The notes under the pieces were generated by a model. That model was not told where the DNA came from. It made no database searches and saw only the letters and a list, made by a program, of their open reading frames with translations. Below are positions 1 through 10,818 of a stretch of 24,157 bases of DNA, in pieces (within the stretch, counting starts at the first letter, position 1; each line of letters opens with the position of its first letter). Source of the DNA: Elusimicrobiota bacterium (GTDB lineage: Bacteria > Elusimicrobiota > Elusimicrobia > F11); the NCBI GenBank assembly GCA_046153645.1, contig JBJXGI010000072.1, positions 1 to 24,157 on the forward strand, given 5' to 3'. Made by a program: the position numbers and the translations under genes.

Positions 1-1041
1 GGTCTTATTTGTGTCCCAATGGAAGGGTCTCGACTCGATGAATTAAAATTGTCTCCGATGGTGTCAAATAACACTGAATTACGTGAGGCGGCCTTTACAG
101 TCAGTGTTGATGTTAAAAAAGGGACCAGCACTGGAATTTCTGCCGCTGACAGAGCCAAAACAATTTTGGCTCTTATTGATCATCGAACGAAATCAGATGA
201 TTTAGCTAAACCAGGGCATGTATTTCCTTTGAGAGCGCTTCCCGGAGGGGTTTTGGTTCGAACGGGGCATACGGAAGCAGGAGTGGATCTTTCACGAATG
301 GCTGGACTGACTCCGGCGGCTGTTATTTGTGAAATTATGAGTCCCAATGGTTCAATGGCACGACTTCCAGAACTGATGAAAATGGCCAAAAAATTTAAGA
401 TGGCCATTATTACTATACGTGATCTGATTTCATATCGCCGTCGTCATGAAAAATTAGTGAAGTGTTTAATTAAAACAAAGCTGCCAACGAATTATGGCGA
501 GTTTGAATTGTATTTATATGAAGATAAAATTTTAAATGAAAATCATGTGGCATTGGTAAAAGGAAATCTTCAAAAAGAAAAAGATGTTTTGGTTCGAGTT
601 CATTCGTCTTGTTTTACAGGTGATGTATTGGAATCAAAGCGATGTGATTGTGGTGAACAACTTCATGCGGCGATGAAAAAAGTAAGTGAATCTAAAGCGG
701 GCGTTGTTCTCTATATGCACCAAGAAGGGCGTGGCATTGGTCTTATGAATAAACTCCATTCATATATTCTTCAAGATCAAGGATTCGATACCGTCCAAGC
801 CAATATTAAACTGGGATTTCCCGCTGATTTAAGAGATTATGGTATTGGAGCTCAAATTTTATCCGACTTAGGGCTTACTTCCATTCGACTATTAACGAAT
901 AATCCTAGGAAGATTGTGGGGTTAGAAGGTTATGGTTTAAAAATTTCCTCGCGTGTTCCATTGGTGATTAAACCCAATCCAATGAATAAGCGTTATTTAG
1001 AGACAAAAAAAAAGAAATTAGGACATTGGTTATCTAAATGA
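1..1041 (+). CDS. ribBA: Bifunctional 3,4-dihydroxy-2-butanone-4-phosphate synthase / GTP cyclohydrolase II (5'-truncated by window edge)
   Basis: Frame is open from base 1 (GLICVPM, a conserved RibB segment), so the true start is upstream. RibB motifs AFTVSVD, TGISAADRA, PGHVFPL, GHTEA, ICEI. RibA motifs VRVHSSCFTGD, RCDCGEQL, QEGRGIGL, RDYGIGAQIL, LLTNNP. Confidence 0.97.
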   Translation, partial: GLICVPMEGSRLDELKLSPMVSNNTELREAAFTVSVDVKKGTSTGISAADRAKTILALIDHRTKSDDLAKPGHVFPLRALPGGVLVRTGHTEAGVDLSRMAGLTPAAVICEIMSPNGSMARLPELMKMAKKFKMAIITIRDLISYRRRHEKLVKCLIKTKLPTNYGEFELYLYEDKILNENHVALVKGNLQKEKDVLVRVHSSCFTGDVLESKRCDCGEQLHAAMKKVSESKAGVVLYMHQEGRGIGLMNKLHSYILQDQGFDTVQANIKLGFPADLRDYGIGAQILSDLGLTSIRLLTNNPRKIVGLEGYGLKISSRVPLVIKPNPMNKRYLETKKKKLGHWLSK

Positions 1042-1523
1042 AAGAGATAAAACACCTTCTTTTGAATTCCGCTTCACATAAAAATATTTATAAGAAATCA
1101 AAAGTAGCAATTGTTGTAGCGCGGTTTAATGCGGTCATTACTGAAAATCTTTTGACTTCATGTAAAAAAGAACTCATCGAGCACGGGGTTTCAGAAAGAA
1201 ATATTTATATTCAATATGTTCCGGGTGCTTTTGAGTTGCCATTTGTTTCTTCTCAATTAGCGAAGACGAGAAAATTTAATTCTGTTATTACATTGGGTTG
1301 TGTTATTAAAGGGGAAACATCGCACGATCTATTTGTTTCTTCTTGGGCTTCTATCGGAGTGGGTATGGCCTCTCTAGAAAGCGGAATTCCTATTTTATTT
1401 GGAGTGTTAACTCCAAATAATGAGAAACAAGCACTGGTGCGTTCACGTCCTGGACCAAAAAATCGAGGACGAGAAGTAGGGCTTGCCGCGCTTGAAATGA
1501 TGTTTATTAACAAAGGAAGGTAA
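1038..1523 (+). CDS. ribH: 6,7-dimethyl-8-ribityllumazine synthase
   Basis: IVVARFN, VPGAFELP, LGCVIKGETSH, PILFGVLT, AALEM motifs; canonical ribBA-ribH-nusB context; 4-nt overlap with ribBA. Confidence 0.95.
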   Translation: MKEIKHLLLNSASHKNIYKKSKVAIVVARFNAVITENLLTSCKKELIEHGVSERNIYIQYVPGAFELPFVSSQLAKTRKFNSVITLGCVIKGETSHDLFVSSWASIGVGMASLESGIPILFGVLTPNNEKQALVRSRPGPKNRGREVGLAALEMMFINKGR

Positions 1524-1524
1524 T

Positions 1525-3946
<2,422 letters not shown>

Positions 3947-3970
3947 GTTGTTGGGAATTTATTTATTAAT

Positions 3971-3976
3971 AGGAGA
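3971..3976 (+). promoter_or_regulatory. Shine-Dalgarno site for purH
   Basis: AGGAGA 8 nt upstream of the ATG at 3985. Confidence 0.7.
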
Positions 3977-3984
3977 TCAAAAAA

Positions 3985-5538
3985 ATGTCTTTAGTGCGTC
4001 GAGCTTTACTCTCTGTAACTGATAAAACGGGGTTGGTTGATTTTTCACACCGACTCAGCGAACTGGGAAGTGAAATTATCTCTACTGGTGGCACGGCCTC
4101 TCTTCTTAGGCAAGCTGAAATAAAAGTAACCGAGGTTTCTACTTTAACGGGTTTTCCAGAAATTTTAGATGGACGAGTAAAAACTCTACATCCCAAGGTA
4201 TTTGGAGGACTTTTAGGTCTTCGAGATAAACCAGAACATATGAACGCGATGGAAAGTCATGGTATTGAGCCTTTCGATTTAATTGCCGTTAATTTGTATC
4301 CATTTGAAAAAGTTATCCAAGGAAAATCTCTTGATGACGATGAACTCATTGAATTTGTTGATATTGGTGGAGTGGCCCTTTTAAGAGCGGCCGCTAAGAA
4401 TTATAAAAGCGTTATTGTTTTGTCAGATCACAATGATTATGGACTGGTTTTAAATGAACTTCAAAATCCACAAGGAATTCCGGAATCTCTTCGAAAAAAA
4501 CTAGCGATAAAAGCTTTCGCGCATACCGCTCATTATGACGCAGTGATTGCTGCCCATTTGAAAGCCCGTTGGGAAGTTAAAGATAAGTTTAGTGAAGAAA
4601 TGACCATTGGGCTGCGAAAGTTAAAAGATTTGCGTTATGGAGAAAATCCTCATCAACAAGCAGCGGTTTATAAAGAATCAGGTGCGCCAGCTTGGGGAGT
4701 TGTTTCGGCCAATGTTCTACAAGGTAAAGAAATTTCATTTAATAATTATTTAGATTGTGAAGCTGCTTGGCAGGTTGCATCCTCTTTTACAGAACCTGTT
4801 TGCGCTATTATTAAACATAATAATCCTTGTGGTGTGGCCAGTGCGCTCACTCCGGCTCAAGCTTATCGTTTTGCATTGATGTGTGATCCTGTGAGCGCCT
4901 TTGGCGGTATTGTTGGGTTTAACAGAGCAGTAGACCGAGAAACAGCTGAAGAATTGAGTAAATTATTTGTGGAATGTGTAATTGCTCCGAGTTTTCATCC
5001 TGAAGCTCTAGAAATTTTTAAATCTAAAAAGAATGTTCGCTTACTTGAACAACCCACCACCCTTTCGTCCCCTTATGCGTTAGACGTCAGACGAATTTCA
5101 GGTGGATATTTGGTACAAGATCCTGATCATTCACCCATCTCCGAACTCAAAGTGGTCACTCAGCGCCAACCGAGTGAAAGCGAAAAAGCAGGGCTTGATT
5201 TCGCCTGGAGAATCGCAAAACACGTGAAATCAAATGCAATCGTTTTGGCCAGAGGAAAACAGACTGTTGGTATTGGGGCTGGTCAGATGTCTAGAATTGA
5301 CTCTGTTAAAATTTCTTCTATCAAAATGAAAAATGCCAAATTAGATGTGGGCGACTCTTTGGTATTGGCTTCAGATGCGTTTTTCCCATTTAGAGATACT
5401 GTTGATGAAGCAGCCAAAATTGGCGTTACAGCCATTGTTCAACCTGGTGGTTCCATTCGAGATGAAGAGTCTATTAAAGCGGCTGATGAACATGGAATAA
5501 CCATGGTTTTCACCGGAGTGAGGCACTTTAAACATTAA
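3985..5538 (+). CDS. purH: Bifunctional AICAR transformylase / IMP cyclohydrolase
   Basis: [86 protein letters not shown], terminal RHFKH. Confidence 0.98.
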   Translation: MSLVRRALLSVTDKTGLVDFSHRLSELGSEIISTGGTASLLRQAEIKVTEVSTLTGFPEILDGRVKTLHPKVFGGLLGLRDKPEHMNAMESHGIEPFDLIAVNLYPFEKVIQGKSLDDDELIEFVDIGGVALLRAAAKNYKSVIVLSDHNDYGLVLNELQNPQGIPESLRKKLAIKAFAHTAHYDAVIAAHLKARWEVKDKFSEEMTIGLRKLKDLRYGENPHQQAAVYKESGAPAWGVVSANVLQGKEISFNNYLDCEAAWQVASSFTEPVCAIIKHNNPCGVASALTPAQAYRFALMCDPVSAFGGIVGFNRAVDRETAEELSKLFVECVIAPSFHPEALEIFKSKKNVRLLEQPTTLSSPYALDVRRISGGYLVQDPDHSPISELKVVTQRQPSESEKAGLDFAWRIAKHVKSNAIVLARGKQTVGIGAGQMSRIDSVKISSIKMKNAKLDVGDSLVLASDAFFPFRDTVDEAAKIGVTAIVQPGGSIRDEESIKAADEHGITMVFTGVRHFKH

Positions 5539-5539
5539 A

Positions 5540-8188
5540 ATGAAAAATCTTCGAAACAGCTATTTAGAATTTTTTAAATCTAAAGGACACACCGTTGTTC
5601 CCTCTGATTCACTGGTTCCTTCAAGTGATCCGACGTTGTTGTTTACTTCTGCAGGGATGGTTCAATTCAAAGCGCATTTTTTACAACAAATCCCATTAAC
5701 ATTTACGAGGGCCGCTTCTAGTCAACGTTGTTTAAGAACAACAGATATTGATTCCGTTGGTTTGACTGCGCGACACTTAACTTTTTTTGAAATGCTGGGG
5801 AATTTTTCTTTTGGTGATTATTTTAAAGAAGAAGCGATCGCTTGGGCTTGGGAATTTTTTACAAAAGAATTGTCTTTAGAAAAGGAACGGTTATGGATTT
5901 CTATTTTCCGTGATGATGATGATGCCATGAAAATATGGAAAAAGATCGTTCCTGAAAGTCGCATTGTCAGAATGGGAGAAGAATCTAATTTTTGGACAAT
6001 GGGACCCACGGGGCCCTGCGGGCCTTGCTCTGAAATTTATTGGGATCGTGGAAATACGCCCAGTACCACTGGGCCTGATGATTCTGATCGATGGATGGAA
6101 ATATGGAATTTGGTTTTTACTCAATTTGATCGTCAAGAAGATGGAAAATTATTGCCTCTTCCAAAAAAGAATATTGATACAGGGATGGGGTTGGAGCGGT
6201 TGGCTTCTGTTGTTGAAGGGGTAAAAGCTAATTTTGAAACGTCCTATATGAAACCTCTAATTGAGTTTGGTGAAAACACTTTTAATCAGCCTTATGGAAA
6301 AGATTCTAAAAAAGATATTTCACTTCGAATTGTGGCTGATCATGTTAGAGCGGTTACAATGCTCATCTACGATGGCATTTTGCCATCAAATGAAGGGCGT
6401 GGTTATGTTTTGCGAAGACTTCTTCGCCGCGCCACTCGGCAGGCGTCTCTTTTTGGGAAAAAAGAAGCATTTCTTTTTAAAGCAGTTCCGATTGTGACTC
6501 AAATATTAGGAGAAACAGCCTCGGATCTCAGTTCTCGTCAGGAAACCATTTCAAATATTATTAAACAAGAAGAAGAACGTTTTTTAGAAACAATTGAAAG
6601 CGGTTCTGAAAAGTTAAAAAACTTCGTTTCTTTGGCTAAAAACAATAAAGCCCAAAGTGTTTCTGGTATTGATGTTTTTAAACTTTATGATACGTATGGT
6701 TTTCCACCTGAACTCACGAAAGAAATTTTGGCTGAATCAAATTTACAGTTCGATGAAAAAGAATTTTCTAAAGCCAAAACGGAAGCTCAAACCTTGGCCA
6801 GAGAAGGTTGGCAAGGATCAGGTCAAGAAGACGTTACATTTTATAACGACTATCTCAAGAAATATGGAGCCTCTCAATTTAAGGGTTACGACATCTTAGA
6901 ACTCACCTCTTCAATTCAAGCGTTATTAGTAAAGGGTAAAGAAGTTTCAAGCATAGAGGCTGGGCAAAAAGGGGAGATTATTTCCCGGGAAACTCCTTTT
7001 TATCCAGAAGGGGGCGGGCAAGTCGGCGATAAAGGATTTATTAAAGATAAATCCGGGAAAATTTTAGCTGTGGTTGTCGATACGCAGAAGCCTGTTAATG
7101 GGCTTATTGTTCATCAGCTAGAAGTGAAAGCCACTCTTTCAAAAGATGAGAGTGTTGTTTTTTCTGTTGATCCCCATCACCGTGAACCAACAAAGCGTCA
7201 TCATACCGCAACACACTTATTACATGCGGCATTAAGGAAAGTATTGGGCACGACCGTTTCTCAGGCGGGGTCATTGGTTGCGCCTGAGAAGTTGAGGTTT
7301 GATTACACGCACAACAAACCATTAACTTTGGAAGAAATACTTGAAATTGAAAATATTGTAAATGATGCCATATTGAACAATTGGGATGTTATTCCGCAGG
7401 TGTTTCCCATTAATCAAGCTCGCAAAATGGGAGCGATGGCTCTTTTTGGTGAAAAATATGGAAATGAAGTGCGTTGTTTATTGGTTTCTGGTAAAGGGTA
7501 TGAAAATGTTAAAGAAGCATTCTCATTAGAATTGTGTGGTGGAACCCATGTATCTGCTTCAGGGGATATTGGTTCTTTTAAAATAATTTCAGACTCTTCA
7601 TTAGCGGCAGGAGTGCGAAGAATTGAAGGTATTGCCGGATTAAAAGCCATCGAATATTTTAGAGGAATTGAAAAATCTTTGAGAAATACCGCTGATCGAT
7701 TAAAAACTTCTCCTCAAGAAGTAGAGCAACGCGTTGTAAAATTGATGGACAAACAAAAGCAGCTCGAACAAGAAATAAAAGATTTGAAATTAAAAATGGC
7801 CCAAGGAGGGGGGCAATCCTTGGCTTCTTCATCAGCCCCTCTTTCAGTTAAAGGGACGGCTTTGGTCATCAATGTAACGGAAGGTTTAGATTCAAAAGAG
7901 CTTCGGACATTGTCAGATAGATTAAAAGTACAAGTTAAATCTGGCATTGTGTTTGCGGCTTCAACAATGATGGATGAAGGAAAAGAAAAAGTTTCATTTG
8001 TTGTGGCATTAACAAATGATGTTCAGAAGAATGGTTGGGATGCTGGGAAAATTGCTAAAGCAGTCGCAGGACAAATTCAAGGTTCAGGAGGGGGACGGGG
8101 AGATTTTGCTCAAGGCGGGGGACAAAGTAAAACGAAGTTAGATGAAATGGTTAAAAAACTACCTCTCATTTTGCAGGATCTTTCTTAA
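5540..8188 (+). CDS. alaS: Alanine--tRNA ligase
   Basis: DPTLLFTSAGMVQFK, HLTFFEMLGNFSFGDYFK, GPCGPCSEI, EIWNLVFTQ, IDTGMGLER, GRGYVLRRLLRRA, LYDTYGFP, editing motifs HTATHLLH and ELCGGTHV, C-Ala GGGRGDFAQGGG. Confidence 0.99.
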   Translation: MKNLRNSYLEFFKSKGHTVVPSDSLVPSSDPTLLFTSAGMVQFKAHFLQQIPLTFTRAASSQRCLRTTDIDSVGLTARHLTFFEMLGNFSFGDYFKEEAIAWAWEFFTKELSLEKERLWISIFRDDDDAMKIWKKIVPESRIVRMGEESNFWTMGPTGPCGPCSEIYWDRGNTPSTTGPDDSDRWMEIWNLVFTQFDRQEDGKLLPLPKKNIDTGMGLERLASVVEGVKANFETSYMKPLIEFGENTFNQPYGKDSKKDISLRIVADHVRAVTMLIYDGILPSNEGRGYVLRRLLRRATRQASLFGKKEAFLFKAVPIVTQILGETASDLSSRQETISNIIKQEEERFLETIESGSEKLKNFVSLAKNNKAQSVSGIDVFKLYDTYGFPPELTKEILAESNLQFDEKEFSKAKTEAQTLAREGWQGSGQEDVTFYNDYLKKYGASQFKGYDILELTSSIQALLVKGKEVSSIEAGQKGEIISRETPFYPEGGGQVGDKGFIKDKSGKILAVVVDTQKPVNGLIVHQLEVKATLSKDESVVFSVDPHHREPTKRHHTATHLLHAALRKVLGTTVSQAGSLVAPEKLRFDYTHNKPLTLEEILEIENIVNDAILNNWDVIPQVFPINQARKMGAMALFGEKYGNEVRCLLVSGKGYENVKEAFSLELCGGTHVSASGDIGSFKIISDSSLAAGVRRIEGIAGLKAIEYFRGIEKSLRNTADRLKTSPQEVEQRVVKLMDKQKQLEQEIKDLKLKMAQGGGQSLASSSAPLSVKGTALVINVTEGLDSKELRTLSDRLKVQVKSGIVFAASTMMDEGKEKVSFVVALTNDVQKNGWDAGKIAKAVAGQIQGSGGGRGDFAQGGGQSKTKLDEMVKKLPLILQDLS

Positions 8189-8194
8189 ATCATT

Positions 8195-8449
8195 ATGGAT
8201 ACAAATCAAACAACGTCACAAGCTGTTATTGCATCGAATAAAAAGAGAACGACAGCGCTCTTACTCTGCTTCTTTTTAGGAGGATTGGGGATACATCGGT
8301 TTTATGTCGGAAAAATAAAAACAGGAATCGCTATTATTTTGACAATCGGCGGTTTCTTCGGTATTTGGCCTCTCATCGATCTTATTCTCATTATCATGGG
8401 AGAATTTAAAGACAAAGAAGGGAAACCTATTTCTACCTGGGGTTTCTAA
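8195..8449 (+). CDS. TM2-domain (NINE-like) small membrane protein
   Basis: KKRTTALLLCFFLGGLGIHRFYVGKIKTG...GIWPLIDLILIIMGEFKD matches the TM2 pattern (LG.HRFY.G, W...D). Confidence 0.88.
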   Translation: MDTNQTTSQAVIASNKKRTTALLLCFFLGGLGIHRFYVGKIKTGIAIILTIGGFFGIWPLIDLILIIMGEFKDKEGKPISTWGF

Positions 8450-8455
8450 TTCGAT

Positions 8456-8527
8456 GTGCTCGTGGTGAAATGGATATCACTGAAGCCTCCGGAGCTTCCG
8501 TTTTGGGTTCGAGTCCCAACGAGCACA
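8456..8527 (+). tRNA. tRNA-Arg, anticodon CCG (CCA end not encoded)
   Basis: Cloverleaf folded by hand: acceptor GTGCTCG/CGAGCAC; D arm GTGA-AATGGATA-TCAC with the Arg identity base A20; anticodon arm GAAGC-CT CCG GA-GCTTC (CCG at 8489-8491); 4-nt variable loop; T arm TTGGG-TTCGAGT-CCCAA; discriminator A8527 followed by TTC rather than CCA. Confidence 0.96.
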
Positions 8528-8538
8528 TTCTAAATATT

Positions 8539-8544
8539 AGGAGG
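8539..8544 (+). promoter_or_regulatory. Strong Shine-Dalgarno site for the 77-aa ORF
   Basis: AGGAGG 4 nt upstream of the ATG at 8549. Confidence 0.7.
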
Positions 8545-8548
8545 GAAT

Positions 8549-8782
8549 ATGAAATCTGAGAGCATTCAGAAAATTAAAAATAAATTTCATAAAGAATGGC
8601 TGCTAATTTCAGTTGATAAAGTTGATTATACGACAACAACACCATTAACAGGAAAACTGATATCGCACAGTCCGCATAGAAGTGAAATATACTCCGCTTT
8701 AAAGAAAAAAAATATATCAAAAAAAATTCTTTTGGAATATTCTGAGGATGATATGCCAAAGGGATATATTGCGGCTTTTTAA
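8549..8782 (+). CDS. Small hypothetical protein (DUF5678-like), partner of the downstream retropepsin-like protease
   Basis: Strong RBS. The pattern IK.KF..EWLLI...G.LISHSP.R.EIY resembles, from memory, small proteins encoded just upstream of clan AA aspartic protease genes; family not verified. Confidence 0.6.
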   Translation: MKSESIQKIKNKFHKEWLLISVDKVDYTTTTPLTGKLISHSPHRSEIYSALKKKNISKKILLEYSEDDMPKGYIAAF

Positions 8783-8783
8783 A

Positions 8784-9263
8784 GTGGGAATTTTTAACCT
8801 TGATAAAAATAAAAACCTTATTTTTGTAAGTGCAGAGATTAAAAAAGGAAAAAGATCTGTTTTTTTGAAATTAGCCTTAGATACAGGCGCGACGTATACA
8901 ATGATTTCATACGAGTTATTGGCTTCTATTGGAGTCAACCTGAATAAGCCAAAAAGGAGTATTGATGTTACAACTGGGAGTGGTGTTATTTTAACTCCTA
9001 TAGTGACGGTCCCTGTGTTTCGAAGTTTAGGGCAAGAAATTAAAAATCTTGAAGTTGTCTGTCATGATTTGCCAAGTGAGGGAATAGTTGATGGCTTATT
9101 AGGTTTAAATTTCCTTAAACATTTTAATATAGAACTGAGATTTATTGATAAAAAATTAGTTGTTAAAAATATATCTCAACTAACTGCTCAAGAAAAATTG
9201 GCTTATCTTGGCGGAAGTAACAAAAATATGAGATCTATTAGACGGAAAAGAATTAAAAGGTGA
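8784..9263 (+). CDS. Clan AA (retropepsin-like) single-domain aspartic protease with an extra basic C-terminal tail
   Basis: Catalytic LALDTGATYTMIS, flap-like VTTGSG, and C-terminal DGLLGLNFL motif. Start placed at GTG 8784, 1 nt after the upstream stop, rather than at 8748 as in the ORF track. Confidence 0.88.
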   Translation: MGIFNLDKNKNLIFVSAEIKKGKRSVFLKLALDTGATYTMISYELLASIGVNLNKPKRSIDVTTGSGVILTPIVTVPVFRSLGQEIKNLEVVCHDLPSEGIVDGLLGLNFLKHFNIELRFIDKKLVVKNISQLTAQEKLAYLGGSNKNMRSIRRKRIKR

Positions 9264-9268
9264 GATAA

Positions 9269-10285
9269 ATGATCATAGGTTTAACAGGAAGAAATGCTTC
9301 TGGTAAAGGGGAAGTGGCGGAATATTTAAAAACACGTGGGTTTACTTTTTATTCACTCTCTGATGTTTTGAGAGAAGAAATGAAAAAATTGAAAAAACCA
9401 GTCACTCGCACGAATCTTATTTGGTTGGGAAATAAACTCCGTGATGAAAAGGGGCCTTCTGTTTTAGCTGATGGGATCTTAACAAAACTCGAGGATGATC
9501 ATCATTATGTTATTGATTCTTTTAGAAACCCTGAAGAAGTTAAAGCTTTTAAGCGCACCAAAGATTTTATTTTAATTTGTGTTGAAGCTTCTCCTAAAGT
9601 ACGTTTTGAAAGAATGCATTTAAGAAACAGAGAACAAGATGCTAAAACTTTTAGCGAATTTCTTCAGCATGAAAAAAAAGAACTTCATAGCGATGATCCC
9701 ACGAAACAAAATTTATTGGCTACAGCGAAACTTGCGGATTATAAAGTATCCAATAACTCTTCGATGGAAGTTCTCCATTCACAATTAAGCAAATTATTTA
9801 CCGGTCTCATGATGCATCGCCCACGGCCGTCATGGGATGAATATTTTATGAAGATTGCTCAAGTTGTCGCTTCACGTTCAAATTGCATGAAACGAAAGGT
9901 GGCTGCGCTTATTGTAAAAGATGGGAGAATTATTTCTACGGGCTATAATGGGACTCCAAGAGGAACTGTTAATTGCAGCGAAGGTGGATGTCCTCGATGT
10001 AATTCATTTAAGCCCAGTGGTCAGGGGCTTAGTGATTGTTATTGTTCTCACGCGGAAGAAAACGCCATTGTTCAAGCTTCATATCATGGTATTTCTATTA
10101 AAGGGGCCAGTCTTTATACCACGTTTTCACCCTGCCTTATTTGTACAAAAATGATTATTAATTCTGGAATTGTTGAGGTTGTGTATAACAAAGCTTACTC
10201 TCTTGGCGATGAAGCACTTAAACTTCTCAAACAACCTCATATTAAGGTGAGAAAGTTAACTTCACATGGAAAGAATCTAAAATGA
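9269..10285 (+). CDS. P-loop nucleotide kinase-like domain fused to a dCMP/deoxycytidylate deaminase (Dcd1/ComEB/AvcD-type architecture)
   Basis: N-terminal IIGLTGRNASGKG Walker A, SLSDVLRE, VIDSFRNPEE. C-terminal domain from about aa 186: RPSWDEYFM, RSNCMKR, TGYNGTP, Zn motifs HAEENA (aa 261-266) and SPCLIC (aa 287-292). Confidence 0.92.
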   Translation: MIIGLTGRNASGKGEVAEYLKTRGFTFYSLSDVLREEMKKLKKPVTRTNLIWLGNKLRDEKGPSVLADGILTKLEDDHHYVIDSFRNPEEVKAFKRTKDFILICVEASPKVRFERMHLRNREQDAKTFSEFLQHEKKELHSDDPTKQNLLATAKLADYKVSNNSSMEVLHSQLSKLFTGLMMHRPRPSWDEYFMKIAQVVASRSNCMKRKVAALIVKDGRIISTGYNGTPRGTVNCSEGGCPRCNSFKPSGQGLSDCYCSHAEENAIVQASYHGISIKGASLYTTFSPCLICTKMIINSGIVEVVYNKAYSLGDEALKLLKQPHIKVRKLTSHGKNLK

Positions 10286-10818
10286 AATTAATTTTTTCTG
10301 GATCCCGTATAAAGATATGTCGGGATGACTTTTTTTTTCGATTTTTTATTCTGTTTCTAATGACTTTAAGTTTTTCTTTTATTTCGTTACACGCGCGTTG
10401 GGGAGATGATGAAGAAGTTGAGGTTTCAACGTTACCCATTGGTTCGAATTTTTACCGTCATTTGGCTCAAGAATTTAATTTAAACCTGCATCATTTGGTG
10501 AAATTTGAAAAATCGGGAGTTGGTCGGTCAGAGATGATTTCTTTAATTCTTATCTCAACTGGTTCTGGTAAATCCCTTCAGAATTTAGGTAAAGATCGAT
10601 ATAAAAGTAAAAAAACACTGAAGCAATTGGCTGAGGAAAATTCTCTTCGTTACGTTGATATTTATCAAAACGCGGTTAACATTAAAAAAGTAATAGAGGC
10701 AAAAGGCGATCTTGATCTGCCTCCTCCTGTTTTTGAAACTGACCAAATAAAAGAAGGAGAGAAAAAACAAACCTTAGATGAGCCACTCCCACCCACCAAA
10801 AAAACAGAATTAGACTAA
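10282..10818 (+). CDS. Hypothetical exported or membrane-anchored protein
   Basis: ATGA overlap with the deaminase stop; hydrophobic N-terminal stretch (FFILFLMTLSFSFISLHA) ending in a signal-peptidase-like LHA site; helical body and Pro/Lys/Glu-rich tail. Exact start uncertain. Confidence 0.6.
   Translation: MKLIFSGSRIKICRDDFFFRFFILFLMTLSFSFISLHARWGDDEEVEVSTLPIGSNFYRHLAQEFNLNLHHLVKFEKSGVGRSEMISLILISTGSGKSLQNLGKDRYKSKKTLKQLAEENSLRYVDIYQNAVNIKKVIEAKGDLDLPPPVFETDQIKEGEKKQTLDEPLPPTKKTELD

Noticed and set aside
8748..8783. Upstream extension of the protease ORF (MICQRDILRLFK)
   Set aside because: Overlaps the small gene by 35 nt; GTG 8784 directly after the stop gives a more typical domain start.
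8500..10818. Prophage or integrative element at tRNA-Arg
   Set aside because: No integrase or phage genes, and no duplicated tRNA 3' end (attR) found by eye downstream.
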